A stretch of DNA of 64,000 bases from Verrucomicrobiota bacterium (GCA_049517655.1 JBEKRQ010000002.1:193059-257058), one strand, 5' to 3'. Positions 44,313 through 53,544 are shown, numbered from the stretch's first letter. Made by a program: numbers and translations. Notes: generated by a model not told the origin, from the letters alone.

Positions 44313-46457
44313 TCAGACCGGATAATCCAGAGCTTCGCGCGTCATCACTTTGGTCAGTGCTTCGGCTGCGCGGTCCTTGGCAAGCCGGCAGCCGGTGAGG
44401 CAACCGTCAAGTTTGGTGCGCAGTTGGACGAAGTCTTCAAGGCCGGTGAATTTCACGCACGGACCGGCTTTCGGCGCATCGGAACAGGTGTGGCCGGCTG
44501 TCTTGTCCCACGCCGGATGACGGTTGTAGCCGTGAACAAGTTCGGCACAGATGCGGCCGACTTCACCACCGGCGCGCGCGGTTTGGACATGACACAGATC
44601 GGTGAAAAACGCGACCGTGCCGGCCAGTCCATCGGCGAGCACCGGATTCGCGGCACCCTTGGTGTCCAGTTCAATCACGTCGAGTATGAATTGCCGCGCG
44701 GCCAGCAGCCAGCAAAGCGCATCGGCCAGCGCGAATGTCACGCCCTGGCGCGTTTTATGATACAGCTTCGCGCCGTCGGCATCTTTGGCCTCGAGCGTGT
44801 GTTGCAACGTCCAAAGCCAGAGTTGCATGGCGCTGGCTAGCGTGCAGGCGCCGGTGCCGGGACGTTCCGACGCGACGCGGCGCATTTCGTCAATCCATTG
44901 CTGGAATTGCGCAAGGAACAGTTCGTTCGTCATCGTGATTGAGAGCTGCAACCGTTGCACCGCCTCAGGGCCTTCGTAGGTGGCTTCGAGCTGGGCGTCC
45001 ATCCATTTCTGGCCGAGAAAGCCCGGGCAATCCTCCGTGATGCCGTAGCCGCCCATCAGGCTGACGGCCTCGCGCATCATGTTCGCGCCGTGGCCGGTGT
45101 TCCAAAGCTTGCAGGCGGGGCAAAGAACATTGGCCAGTGAATCGAGTATGACAAATTTCACCAGCGGGTCTGCCTCCAACGCCCCGGCGCGATTTAGATC
45201 GCGCTGGCCAGCTGGCTTGGAATTGATTTGAACCAATTCCATCGCCTCCTGCTGTTTCCTGCTCAATTCCTTGAGCGCAGCGCGCCCGGTCAATTTTTTT
45301 TCCACAAGCCACCGGTCTTTTTGTTTTTCGAGCGGATCCAGCACGTCGAACAAGCGCGCGGCCTCGAAACCAAGTGATGCGCTTGCCTCGCCCGCAGCCC
45401 AGATGTCCACGAGCCGATGCAGCGCGTCTTCCTTTTGCTGGATGCCCAACTCATAACGCGGCGTGCCGGGCGCGCCTTCACCGCCACGAAACCGGCGGCG
45501 GTGGTAGAGAATGATTGGTTCAATCGCGGAAAGCAATTTCGCCGCGGTCATCAGGCCGACTGTGACGCGCGTGCGGCGGAAAACGGCCTCGATGATTTCG
45601 CCGTGCGAATAATTCGGAACAATGACGCCTTTTTCAATTGTGTAGCCGCCGACAATCCGGTTTGCGGGCACTTTCAAGTTGAAAACGGGGTCGTTCGTGG
45701 ACGAGAGCTGGTGAACGAGTTTCTTTGTGGGCGTGCCGCGGTCGAACGTGCCGGGATCCGTTTCCTCCAGAATGATCATGCAACTGCTCTTGATGCGTTT
45801 GTCGTCAGTGTCCACGGCGGCCGTGACGACATTGGCAAAGCCCATGTTCGTGATGAACCGTCCGCGTTTCTCCACCTGTAACAGCGGCTCCTGGCCGTCC
45901 TTCCACTCGGCCACACGCACTTTGCCGCCGAGCATTCCGGTCTCGACGCCGACAAATGGGATGGGCTCGGTGAGCGCAAACGCGGCGCGGATTTGTTTGC
46001 GGTTTTCGCCGGGTTTGAGCAGCGCCGCACCGCCGACATATTTCGCTATTTGTTCCGGCGTGCCGCGTTCGCGAATTGGCGCCAGGCCCAGATTACTGGC
46101 AAGGCTGCTGGTGGCCGCGCCGGCGTCCACCCACGACAGTTCGAACGCCACCAGCGACAGCGCGAGATTTTTCGGCCCGGCGATGAAACCGCCATGTTCC
46201 GGATCCAGAGACGCGGTGGTGATGCCACTTTCGTCGAAATGCGGGAGCAGGCCGGCCTTTCCCGCCGTCCATTCGTGCGAATTGCGCCCGCCCGCGGCGA
46301 CGAGCCGTGCGACTGGTCCCCGCGCCACCTGCCGCGACGCTTGCACAAGCATTTGCAGTTCGTAGCGGTCGGCGAAACGCCACATGATCTGGCGCACATC
46401 GTCCCCGGGCAAAGTTTGCAGTCCCGGCGGCGATTTCGTTTCAGCAGGCGCTTCCAT
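44313..46457 (-). CDS. large acyl-CoA dehydrogenase-family protein
   Basis: 714 aa. AFALTEPIPFVGVETG... middle-domain signature and an ACAD-like helical C-terminal half. Lies 14 nt upstream of ETF-QO. Confidence 0.75.
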   Translation of the reverse strand: MEAPAETKSPPGLQTLPGDDVRQIMWRFADRYELQMLVQASRQVARGPVARLVAAGGRNSHEWTAGKAGLLPHFDESGITTASLDPEHGGFIAGPKNLALSLVAFELSWVDAGAATSSLASNLGLAPIRERGTPEQIAKYVGGAALLKPGENRKQIRAAFALTEPIPFVGVETGMLGGKVRVAEWKDGQEPLLQVEKRGRFITNMGFANVVTAAVDTDDKRIKSSCMIILEETDPGTFDRGTPTKKLVHQLSSTNDPVFNLKVPANRIVGGYTIEKGVIVPNYSHGEIIEAVFRRTRVTVGLMTAAKLLSAIEPIILYHRRRFRGGEGAPGTPRYELGIQQKEDALHRLVDIWAAGEASASLGFEAARLFDVLDPLEKQKDRWLVEKKLTGRAALKELSRKQQEAMELVQINSKPAGQRDLNRAGALEADPLVKFVILDSLANVLCPACKLWNTGHGANMMREAVSLMGGYGITEDCPGFLGQKWMDAQLEATYEGPEAVQRLQLSITMTNELFLAQFQQWIDEMRRVASERPGTGACTLASAMQLWLWTLQHTLEAKDADGAKLYHKTRQGVTFALADALCWLLAARQFILDVIELDTKGAANPVLADGLAGTVAFFTDLCHVQTARAGGEVGRICAELVHGYNRHPAWDKTAGHTCSDAPKAGPCVKFTGLEDFVQLRTKLDGCLTGCRLAKDRAAEALTKVMTREALDYPV

Positions 46458-46496
46458 AAAATGTATTCAGTCAAAGATGATTATTTTTGTCATCGA

Positions 46497-46545
46497 AAAC
46501 CCGCGCCCGGCTTTGGCAACCGATGGGCGCGTGGGATTTTCCACG
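46497..46545 (-). terminator. possible terminator hairpin after the GT2 gene
   Basis: The minus strand reads CCCACGCGCCC-(16 nt)-GGGCGCGGG followed by TTTTC. The stem has one bulge and the T-run is short. Confidence 0.3.
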
Positions 46546-46588
46546 AAAAACCGTGGTTTCGCCAGAATAAACGGCACAACCTTCAATA

Positions 46589-47320
46589 TTAATTCACCCG
46601 CTCTGCGATCCGGTATTTGAACATGCGCTTCTTCATCCAGCGCACGGCGAGCAGGTCGTAGAATGACGCGAACAGCCGGTTCCATACGCCGTAATGGCTC
46701 TGGCCGGCGAATCGCGGGCTATTGCTCACTTCGATTTCGGTGACCGTGTGACCTTCAATCTTGAACAGCGTCGGCAGAAACCGGTGCATTCCCTTAAAGA
46801 ATTTCAGATTGTCAATGCACTCGCGCTTGAACGCGCGATAGGTGCAGCCGGCATCGGAAATTTGCTCGCCGCTCAACTTGTTGCGCACCCAGTTGGCGAT
46901 GTTCGACGAGGCTACTTTGACGAAATTATCGCCTTCACCGCGCGCTTGAACACGCGTGCCGCAGACGCAATCATAATGCTTCAACGCCTCAAGAAATTTC
47001 GGCAGATCTTTCGGGTCGTTCTGCAAATCGGCGTCAATGGTGACGATGTATTTGCCCCGGGCCGCTTTCATGCCGGCGAAACTCGCCGCGCTTTCACCGC
47101 AATTGAACGCGAACCGCTGCACGCGGATACGAGGGTCGCCCGCCGCGAGTTCCTTGAGGATTTCCCAAGACTTGTCTCTGCTGCAATCGTCGGTAATGAC
47201 GACTTCGTAAGGAAGCTTGAGCGGCTCAACCGCCTCGCGGATGGCCGTGATGAGCGCGCGCAAATTGCCCTGCTCGTTGTAGCAAGGAATGACGAGGCTG
47301 ATTTCGGGAATATTTAACAT
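46589..47320 (-). CDS. polyprenyl-phosphate glycosyltransferase, GT2 (ArnC/GtrB-like)
   Basis: ISLVIPCYNEQGNL, VVITDDCSRDKS, IVTIDADLQNDP, then C-terminal TM helices: the ArnC/GtrB pattern. Confidence 0.85.
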   Translation of the reverse strand: MLNIPEISLVIPCYNEQGNLRALITAIREAVEPLKLPYEVVITDDCSRDKSWEILKELAAGDPRIRVQRFAFNCGESAASFAGMKAARGKYIVTIDADLQNDPKDLPKFLEALKHYDCVCGTRVQARGEGDNFVKVASSNIANWVRNKLSGEQISDAGCTYRAFKRECIDNLKFFKGMHRFLPTLFKIEGHTVTEIEVSNSPRFAGQSHYGVWNRLFASFYDLLAVRWMKKRMFKYRIAERVN

Positions 47321-48037
47321 TTATTGGCCCGCTCGTTGTTGCAACAGCTTGGCGCGTCCGCAACATTCGGAAATAATTTTTTGCAATTCCTTTTTGTCGC
47401 CTAGCTCCGCGTATTGACTTGCCAAAGTGGTTAAAGGCTCAAGCGCCGGAGAATGCCTCGCAATCAACATGGTGATGTCGTTTTCGTAAACCGCCGCTCG
47501 ATCCATGTCGAATTGTCGATACAGCGACGGCAACGCGTAAAGTTTCAACACAATCAAACCTTCCACCGTCACCGCCGGAACTTCCATTTCCATGAATGAA
47601 TGCTTCGTGGTAAATTTTTCCGCGACAATTTTGAACAGGGGATTCTTTGTCAGCAACAAATCCACTTGGATGCTCTTGAACTTGCCGCGCGCAAAAAAGT
47701 CTTTCCGGTCTTCAATCGTCAATTCAGGCAGTTGTTCCAGCGCGGCGACGGACATCAGCAAGTTCACGTCCTTGGTGTTGCGGCCTTGCACGTAGGTGAG
47801 CATCGCCATGCCGCCGACCAGCAGATAATCCACGCGCCGTCCCGCGAGTAGCCGGAATAATTCCATCGTGTCTTGTGGTACGGGCATGGGCGGCGCGGGG
47901 CCGGGGCCCTCGCGCAGTTGCAGCGGCGTGTTGGTCCACCGATGCGAACCGGCTTCCCACGCGTCCACCAAAACCTCCGCGACGCGCCGCAAACTGACGC
48001 CTTCGGGAAGTGTGACCGCTGTGTTTGCCTTGCTCAT
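47321..48037 (-). CDS. nucleotidyltransferase-fold-like protein of unknown function
   Basis: VDYLLVGGMAMLTYVQGRNTKDVNLLM resembles the GG...DxD minimal-NTase motif, but reads D-V-N. Its stop abuts the GT2 start. Start uncertain (first ATG at 48037). Confidence 0.4.
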   Translation of the reverse strand: MSKANTAVTLPEGVSLRRVAEVLVDAWEAGSHRWTNTPLQLREGPGPAPPMPVPQDTMELFRLLAGRRVDYLLVGGMAMLTYVQGRNTKDVNLLMSVAALEQLPELTIEDRKDFFARGKFKSIQVDLLLTKNPLFKIVAEKFTTKHSFMEMEVPAVTVEGLIVLKLYALPSLYRQFDMDRAAVYENDITMLIARHSPALEPLTTLASQYAELGDKKELQKIISECCGRAKLLQQRAGQ

Positions 48038-48131
48038 GCCGCCGTTCAGGACCACGGAATTATCGCATGAGCGGCAGTCTGGTGAAAGCTTATTAGCTCA
48101 ATAACATCAGCAAAAAATCATTTCCCACCGT

Positions 48132-49220
48132 TCACTTCTTCCCGTAAAACTCCGCGATCGCGTCGCAAACCTTGTCCGCAGTGTCGAGGGTCATTTCACC
48201 GTGGATGGGTAGCGACAAAATTTCCTTAACTGCCTGTTCGGTCTTCGGCAAGCGCGGAATGTTTTTGAATTTATTCGTGATCGCCGGCTGTTGATGGTTC
48301 GGCACCGGATAATGAACGCCGGTTCCAATGTTCCGTTCCTTCAAGAATTTTTGCAGCTCATCGCGCTTTTCCGTGCGGATGACATACATGTGATAGACCG
48401 CCCGCGCCCACGGCCTTTCCACCGGTGTTTTGACGATGCCCTTGAGCCGTTCATTGTAACGCGCGGCGATTTTCCGGCGGTTGTCATTGAAGCCGTCGAG
48501 ATGCTTCAACATCACACGGCCAATGGCAGCCTTGATTTCGTCGAAGCGCACGTTGAATCCGGCGAATTCGTGGAGATATTTGTCCCTGCGCCCGTGATTG
48601 CGCAACATGCGGACTTTTTCGGCGAGCGCGTCGTCGTTCGTCACGAGACAGCCGCCGTCGCCGAGCACGGTGAGATTTTTCGACGGGAAAAACGAGAACG
48701 CGCCGAAGTTGCCCATCGAGCCGACGGTTTTGCCGTTGTATTTCGCGCCCTGCGCCTGCGCGCAATCCTCCAGCACCCACAACTTGCGCTTTGCGGCGAT
48801 TTGAAACACGCGATCCAAATTCACTGGATGACCGTAGAGATGCACTGGAATGACGCTTACCGTGCGCGGCGTGATGAGCGATTCAAGCTGCTCCACATCC
48901 ATGCAAAACGTGTCGTCAATGTCGCAAAAAACCGGCGTTGCGCCGCAATGTATCAGCGGTTCCATCGTCGGGAACGCCGTGTGCGACGGCACGATGACCT
49001 CGTCGCCGAGTTTCAATCCCTGCGCGAGGTGAAGCATGTAAACAATCATTGTCCACGACGTGCCGAGGATGGCGTGTTTGACGCCGGTATGCGCGGCGAG
49101 CTCGGCTTCAAAGGCCTTGCACTCGGACGAGAGGATGTATTGGCCGGAACGGATGGCGCGCAACGCGGCCTCCTCGACCTCCGGGTTCACGAAACATTTT
49201 GATAATGGGATTTTTTGCAT
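48132..49220 (-). CDS. DegT/DnrJ/EryC1/StrS-family sugar aminotransferase
   Basis: GVKHAILGTSWTMIVYM, FSFFPSKNLTVLGDGGCLVTND (PLP Lys), NVRFDEIKAAIG. Confidence 0.9.
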   Translation of the reverse strand: MQKIPLSKCFVNPEVEEAALRAIRSGQYILSSECKAFEAELAAHTGVKHAILGTSWTMIVYMLHLAQGLKLGDEVIVPSHTAFPTMEPLIHCGATPVFCDIDDTFCMDVEQLESLITPRTVSVIPVHLYGHPVNLDRVFQIAAKRKLWVLEDCAQAQGAKYNGKTVGSMGNFGAFSFFPSKNLTVLGDGGCLVTNDDALAEKVRMLRNHGRRDKYLHEFAGFNVRFDEIKAAIGRVMLKHLDGFNDNRRKIAARYNERLKGIVKTPVERPWARAVYHMYVIRTEKRDELQKFLKERNIGTGVHYPVPNHQQPAITNKFKNIPRLPKTEQAVKEILSLPIHGEMTLDTADKVCDAIAEFYGKK

Positions 49221-49322
49221 AAAATTTTTGACGCGAATTGCGCTAATTTTCGCTAATTCAATCCACTTTTTTGGAATTTGTTTTTATGGTTTTAATTCGC
49301 GGTAATTCGTGAAATTAGCGTC

Positions 49323-50309
49323 TCAAGTTAGTGTAACTGCCTTGCCGGTTTTCACCGATTCCAGCGCGGCGTTCAACACCCGCACGGAATCGTATCCCGC
49401 CCAACCGTCGGCGCGCGGCGCTTTGCGCGTTTGCACCGAATCCACAAACGCGCGCAACTCCGCCAGCAACGGTTCCTCCGGCGGCGTTTCGATTTGCGTC
49501 ACGACACCCTCGGTCGCTTTGAAATCCTTGCCGTCGCGGATGTGTTTGTTCTCGTAAGTCTTGATTTTGTATTGCGCGACGTTGTAATCGCACACCGCGC
49601 TCCTCTTGTCGCCGCAGACGATGACTTCACGGAATTTGCCGGGGGTGAAATAGTCGTTCTCAACCGTAGCCCAAACCTTGCCATGCGGCGTTTCATATTC
49701 GAGCGACACGAACGACACGTCTTCCATGCCGCGTCCCATGAAATCATGGTGAATGGCCAGCACACTCTTCGGCAGTGCATTCAAGATGAAATTGAACAAA
49801 TCCACGAAATGGATGCCGTCGGCGAACATCACGCCGCTATCGTTGCGGGGGCGTTTGAAACCGCCGAAATGCCCGCGAATCATGTTCACGCGACCAAACT
49901 GGCCGGATTGAATGGCGTCGCGCATCCACAACGTCGCTGGGTCGAACCGCAGAATATGGCCGACTTGCAGAATCCGGCCCTTGCAGGCGGCCAACTCGGC
50001 CAAAGCCTTGGATTCCTCGTTCGCGAGAGTCAGCGGTTTTTCAACAAACACGTCCTTGCCGGCTTCCAGAAATTCCTTGCAGAGCGAAAAATGCGTTTGC
50101 GCGGGCGTCACGATGACAACGCAATCCACCTTGGTCACGAAATCCTTGTAATTCGTCGTGAGGCGCGCATCGGGCAGGCCGAGTTTGCGCGCCAGCTCAA
50201 GCTGTTTCGCACCCACTTCAGCCACGTAAAGCTCAACAGGCATTGAATTGAGATTGCGCAAATGATTGACGCCCCAGCGGCCCAGACCCAAAAGAAGAAC
50301 TTTTGCCAT
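49323..50309 (-). CDS. Gfo/Idh/MocA-family NAD-dependent sugar oxidoreductase
   Basis: MAKVLLLGLGRWGVNH Rossmann start, VFVEKPL, and a GFO_IDH_MocA C-terminal domain. Start at ATG 50309. Confidence 0.85.
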   Translation of the reverse strand: MAKVLLLGLGRWGVNHLRNLNSMPVELYVAEVGAKQLELARKLGLPDARLTTNYKDFVTKVDCVVIVTPAQTHFSLCKEFLEAGKDVFVEKPLTLANEESKALAELAACKGRILQVGHILRFDPATLWMRDAIQSGQFGRVNMIRGHFGGFKRPRNDSGVMFADGIHFVDLFNFILNALPKSVLAIHHDFMGRGMEDVSFVSLEYETPHGKVWATVENDYFTPGKFREVIVCGDKRSAVCDYNVAQYKIKTYENKHIRDGKDFKATEGVVTQIETPPEEPLLAELRAFVDSVQTRKAPRADGWAGYDSVRVLNAALESVKTGKAVTLT

Positions 50310-50378
50310 CAGCGAAATTTTCAAGCAAACCTTCCAGCCCAGCAAGAAAAATGCACCGCGTTCCTTGTTTGGAGGCGC

Positions 50379-52100
50379 TTAACGATTCACAAACAATTTC
50401 CATTGGCCGACGTTAGTCACCAGATTCAACGGCGTGGTGCCGTGGTGCTGCTGGAAATGTTCCATTGTGCCGCTAAAGCCGACAATCCATATGCGCCTTT
50501 TGCCCTGAAGCAACTGCGCAAGCGCATCCTCATCAGGCAGAAGCAGTTCGCCCAGCCGCTCGCGGTTGCCGGGAAATTCAAACGGGACTTGCGCCAATTT
50601 CATGCCACCAAAATACGGACGGTTCGCCATTGAAATCACTCCGCCCGAATAAAATGCCAGCCCCTGTGGCAGCTTGCCCCAGCACACAATGGCGTCGCCG
50701 GGTCGAAAATTCTCGCGCAACGCCAGACCGATCGGTTTCAGGGTTTGGTTCCCTCTGAAATCGGTTTCAAATAATGGGGCCTCGGCAGTAACAGCTATCA
50801 GCGAAAAAATTCCCAGCCCGGCTGTGATTGCCGCACACGCGGAAGTGCTCCGGTTTTTTGCCAGCCAAAAAATTCCCAGTCCAATGACAGCTGCAGCCGG
50901 CGCCTGCCATTTCATCCATCCCGGCAGTGTCACGTGAAAAACAGGCGGGAGCGCCAGTGGAATGGCAATCAAAAGCAACATGGGACTGGCCGCGCATAAC
51001 CGCCAAACCCAGTTCGGAATGCGTGGAATATTTGGATTTTCCTCTTCATTGAAAAAACGAAGCGCAACGAGCAAGGCGACCGCAGGAAAAACCGGCAGAA
51101 TGTAAGCGGGCAGTTTGGCCTGTGAAAAAGAAAACAGTGCGAACGTAAAAATTGCCCAAACGTTCAGCAGCACCCACGCGTCCTTTGAGATTTGAGATTT
51201 GAGATTTGAAATTACAGAGCGGCGCCACAGCCAGCCGAGCAGCCATATCCACGGCAAAAGTCCGACGGCGAGAATTCCGAAAAAATAGAAGAAGTTGCCG
51301 GGGCGATCTTTTATCGTCGTGCCGAGCAAATGTCCGGCAGCCTGACCAAAGACCATGTAATGAAACGCGTTCGGCACCCGTTGAAAAACCGCCAAAAACC
51401 ACGGCATCGCCAAAACCAAAAACAGCGCCAAGCCGGCAACCAGTCCACCGAGTAGAAGTTTCCATTGGGAAAAACTTTTCCGGTGATAAATCACCAATGC
51501 CGCCAGCGCAATAAGTGGAATGGCCATGGCAACCGGTCCCTTGGTCAAAAAACCAAGCGCAATGGCAATCCAACCGGCCAGATGCCACCCAAGAAATTGC
51601 GAATTGCGAATTGCGGATTGCGGATTTAGAGAAAGCCAGCTTCGCCAGAAGAAATACATTGCCCACGCGACAAACTGCGTCAGGAAAATGTCCGGTGTCA
51701 GCATTCGCGCCATGGCGAAGTAGAGCAGGGAACTTTGCAGAATCAGCGCGCTCCACAACCCGACGCGGCGACCGCCGATGGAACAGCCCAGCAACCACAC
51801 CGCCCACACGCCGCTGATGCCCGCCAGAGCGAGTGGCAGGCGCACCGCCCATTCATTCTGGCCGAACAGTTTCATCGAAGCCGCCACGAGCCAGTAAGTC
51901 ATCGGCGGTTTGTCGAGGTGCGGCAGATACCAGAAATGCGGCACGAGCCAGTTGCCGGTCTCGATCATTTCACGCGCGATTTCCGAGTAGCGGCCTTCGT
52001 CCGGCTCGTTCAACGCGCGGCCGCCGAGCAGAAAGAAAAACGTGAAGACGGTCAGCGCCAGCAAAACCCATCGCTGGCGCGCTCCAGTTGAAATCGGCAT
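50379..52100 (-). CDS. GT39/GT83-type (ArnT/PMT-like) polyprenyl-phosphate-sugar-dependent glycosyltransferase
   Basis: LNEPDEGRYSEIAREM...HLDKPPMTYWL is the ArnT/PMT_2 signature, followed by about 12 TM helices. Contains two in-frame heptamer arrays. Confidence 0.8.
   Translation of the reverse strand: MPISTGARQRWVLLALTVFTFFFLLGGRALNEPDEGRYSEIAREMIETGNWLVPHFWYLPHLDKPPMTYWLVAASMKLFGQNEWAVRLPLALAGISGVWAVWLLGCSIGGRRVGLWSALILQSSLLYFAMARMLTPDIFLTQFVAWAMYFFWRSWLSLNPQSAIRNSQFLGWHLAGWIAIALGFLTKGPVAMAIPLIALAALVIYHRKSFSQWKLLLGGLVAGLALFLVLAMPWFLAVFQRVPNAFHYMVFGQAAGHLLGTTIKDRPGNFFYFFGILAVGLLPWIWLLGWLWRRSVISNLKSQISKDAWVLLNVWAIFTFALFSFSQAKLPAYILPVFPAVALLVALRFFNEEENPNIPRIPNWVWRLCAASPMLLLIAIPLALPPVFHVTLPGWMKWQAPAAAVIGLGIFWLAKNRSTSACAAITAGLGIFSLIAVTAEAPLFETDFRGNQTLKPIGLALRENFRPGDAIVCWGKLPQGLAFYSGGVISMANRPYFGGMKLAQVPFEFPGNRERLGELLLPDEDALAQLLQGKRRIWIVGFSGTMEHFQQHHGTTPLNLVTNVGQWKLFVNR
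51184..51211. repeat. tandem heptamer array TTTGAGA x3 + TTTGAAA inside the GT39 gene
   Basis: Read directly. Encodes ...ISNLKSQISK... on the minus strand. Confidence 0.95.
51595..51629. repeat. tandem heptamer array AATTGCG x3 + GATTGCG + GATTTAG inside the GT39 gene
   Basis: Read directly. Encodes ...NPQSAIRNSQF... on the minus strand. It is the same heptamer (phase-shifted GCGAATT) as in the intergenic arrays at 32161-32198 and 49221-49322. Confidence 0.95.
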
Positions 52101-52198
52101 GGTTTGTTTCAAGAAGACTGTCCACAGATTACGCGGATTCCGCCGATTAGAAATAAAAATTCATCTGCGTTCATCTGCGAAATCTGCGGATTTCTGAT

Positions 52199-53329
52199 TC
52201 AATTCAACAGCCGATACCAATTATCACGCTGATGCGGCTCGTATCCGATGTCTTTGATGAGCCGTCTCATGTCGGCGACCGCCATGCGGAACGTCGTGCC
52301 GGCCCGGCTGACGACATTTTCCTCAATCATGATGCTGCCGAGGTCGTTCGCGCCGAATTTGAGCGCAATCTGGCCGATTTCCTGTCCCTGCGTCACCCAC
52401 GAACTTTGGACGCTCGTAAAATTATCGAGGTAAATCCGGCCCAGCGCCTGTGTCCGCAAATATTCATGCGCGCCGACCGTCGGCGCCTTGAGCTTGGTAT
52501 GCTCGGCCTGAAACGTCCAGCAGATGAATGCAGTGAACCCTTTGGATTTATCTTGCTGCACGCGCAACCGTTCCAGATGCTCGATGCGATCATCAACCGT
52601 CTCCACGTGGCCGAACATCATCGTCGCGCTTGAACTCAACCCCAGCCGATGCGCCACGTCCATGACTTCGAGCCAGTCGTCGCTCATGACTTTGAGCGGT
52701 GAAACCCTCTGGCGCACAGTGTCCACCAGAATTTCCCCGCCACCGCCGGGAATCGAGCCAAGCCCCGCCGCCTTGAAATCTGCAATGATCTTTTCCAGCG
52801 GTTCATTGAACACTTCGCGGAAATGGGCAAATTCAGGCGGACTGAAGCCGTGAATGTTCACCTGCGGGAATTTGGCTTTGATGTGCGACAGCAAATCCAG
52901 ATACCACTGCTTCGTCAGTTTCGGGTGATGCCCGCCCTGCAACAAAATCTGCGTGCCGCCGAGTGCAACCGTCTCCTCGATTTTGCGATCCATCTCGTCG
53001 AACGTGATGACATAGGCGTCGGCATCCTTCTCCGTCCTGTAAAACGCGCAGAACTTGCAATAAACATTGCAGACGTTGGTGTAATTGACGTTGCGATCAA
53101 CGATGTAGGTGACAATTTCGTTGCCGCACCCGTTGTAGGCATCTTTTCTGGCCAGTTGACGGCGGCGATCGGCAAGCGCGCCGAGTTCCTCGAGCGGCAG
53201 ATGATAAAGCCTTAAGGCCTCGGCCTGATTGATGCGTTTGCCGTCCCAAACTTTCTGCAGCAACTCGTCGAGCCTTCGCTGCGACGGAGCAGCTTCAGCT
53301 ACGCAGGCCAATGACGCGTCGTAAATCAC
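52199..53329 (-). CDS. radical SAM enzyme of the MqnC/MqnE (futalosine-pathway, CofH/ThiH-like) family
   Basis: VNYTNVCNVYCKFCAFY (CX3CX2C), GGTQILLQGG, GLGSIPGGGGEIL, ATMMFGHVE. GTG start. Confidence 0.8.
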   Translation of the reverse strand: MIYDASLACVAEAAPSQRRLDELLQKVWDGKRINQAEALRLYHLPLEELGALADRRRQLARKDAYNGCGNEIVTYIVDRNVNYTNVCNVYCKFCAFYRTEKDADAYVITFDEMDRKIEETVALGGTQILLQGGHHPKLTKQWYLDLLSHIKAKFPQVNIHGFSPPEFAHFREVFNEPLEKIIADFKAAGLGSIPGGGGEILVDTVRQRVSPLKVMSDDWLEVMDVAHRLGLSSSATMMFGHVETVDDRIEHLERLRVQQDKSKGFTAFICWTFQAEHTKLKAPTVGAHEYLRTQALGRIYLDNFTSVQSSWVTQGQEIGQIALKFGANDLGSIMIEENVVSRAGTTFRMAVADMRRLIKDIGYEPHQRDNWYRLLN

Positions 53330-53403
53330 GATGAAAGGTTAGCGAAACTGCCAATTGAAACAAGCCGTACAAAATTAACCGCAGAGACGCAGAGGAAAAT
53401 GAA

Positions 53404-53508
53404 GTAGCACCCGCGTCTCGCGGGTTGTTTCGGGCGTCACGCCCGAAACTGAATCAGTGGAGTAATTCGGCGGGACGCCAAATTAAACCCGCCAGAGGCG
53501 GGTGCTAC
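53404..53508. repeat. REPIN-like element with GTAGCAC...GTGCTAC termini
   Basis: GTAGCACCCGCG-TCT-CGCGGGT, TTTCGGGCG-TCA-CGCCCGAAA, spacer, CCCGCC-AGA-GGCGGG-TGCTAC. The outer 11 nt are inverted. Confidence 0.85.
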
Positions 53509-53544
53509 AACAGCTTTTTTTTACTCTTTTGCCGACCCTCATCC

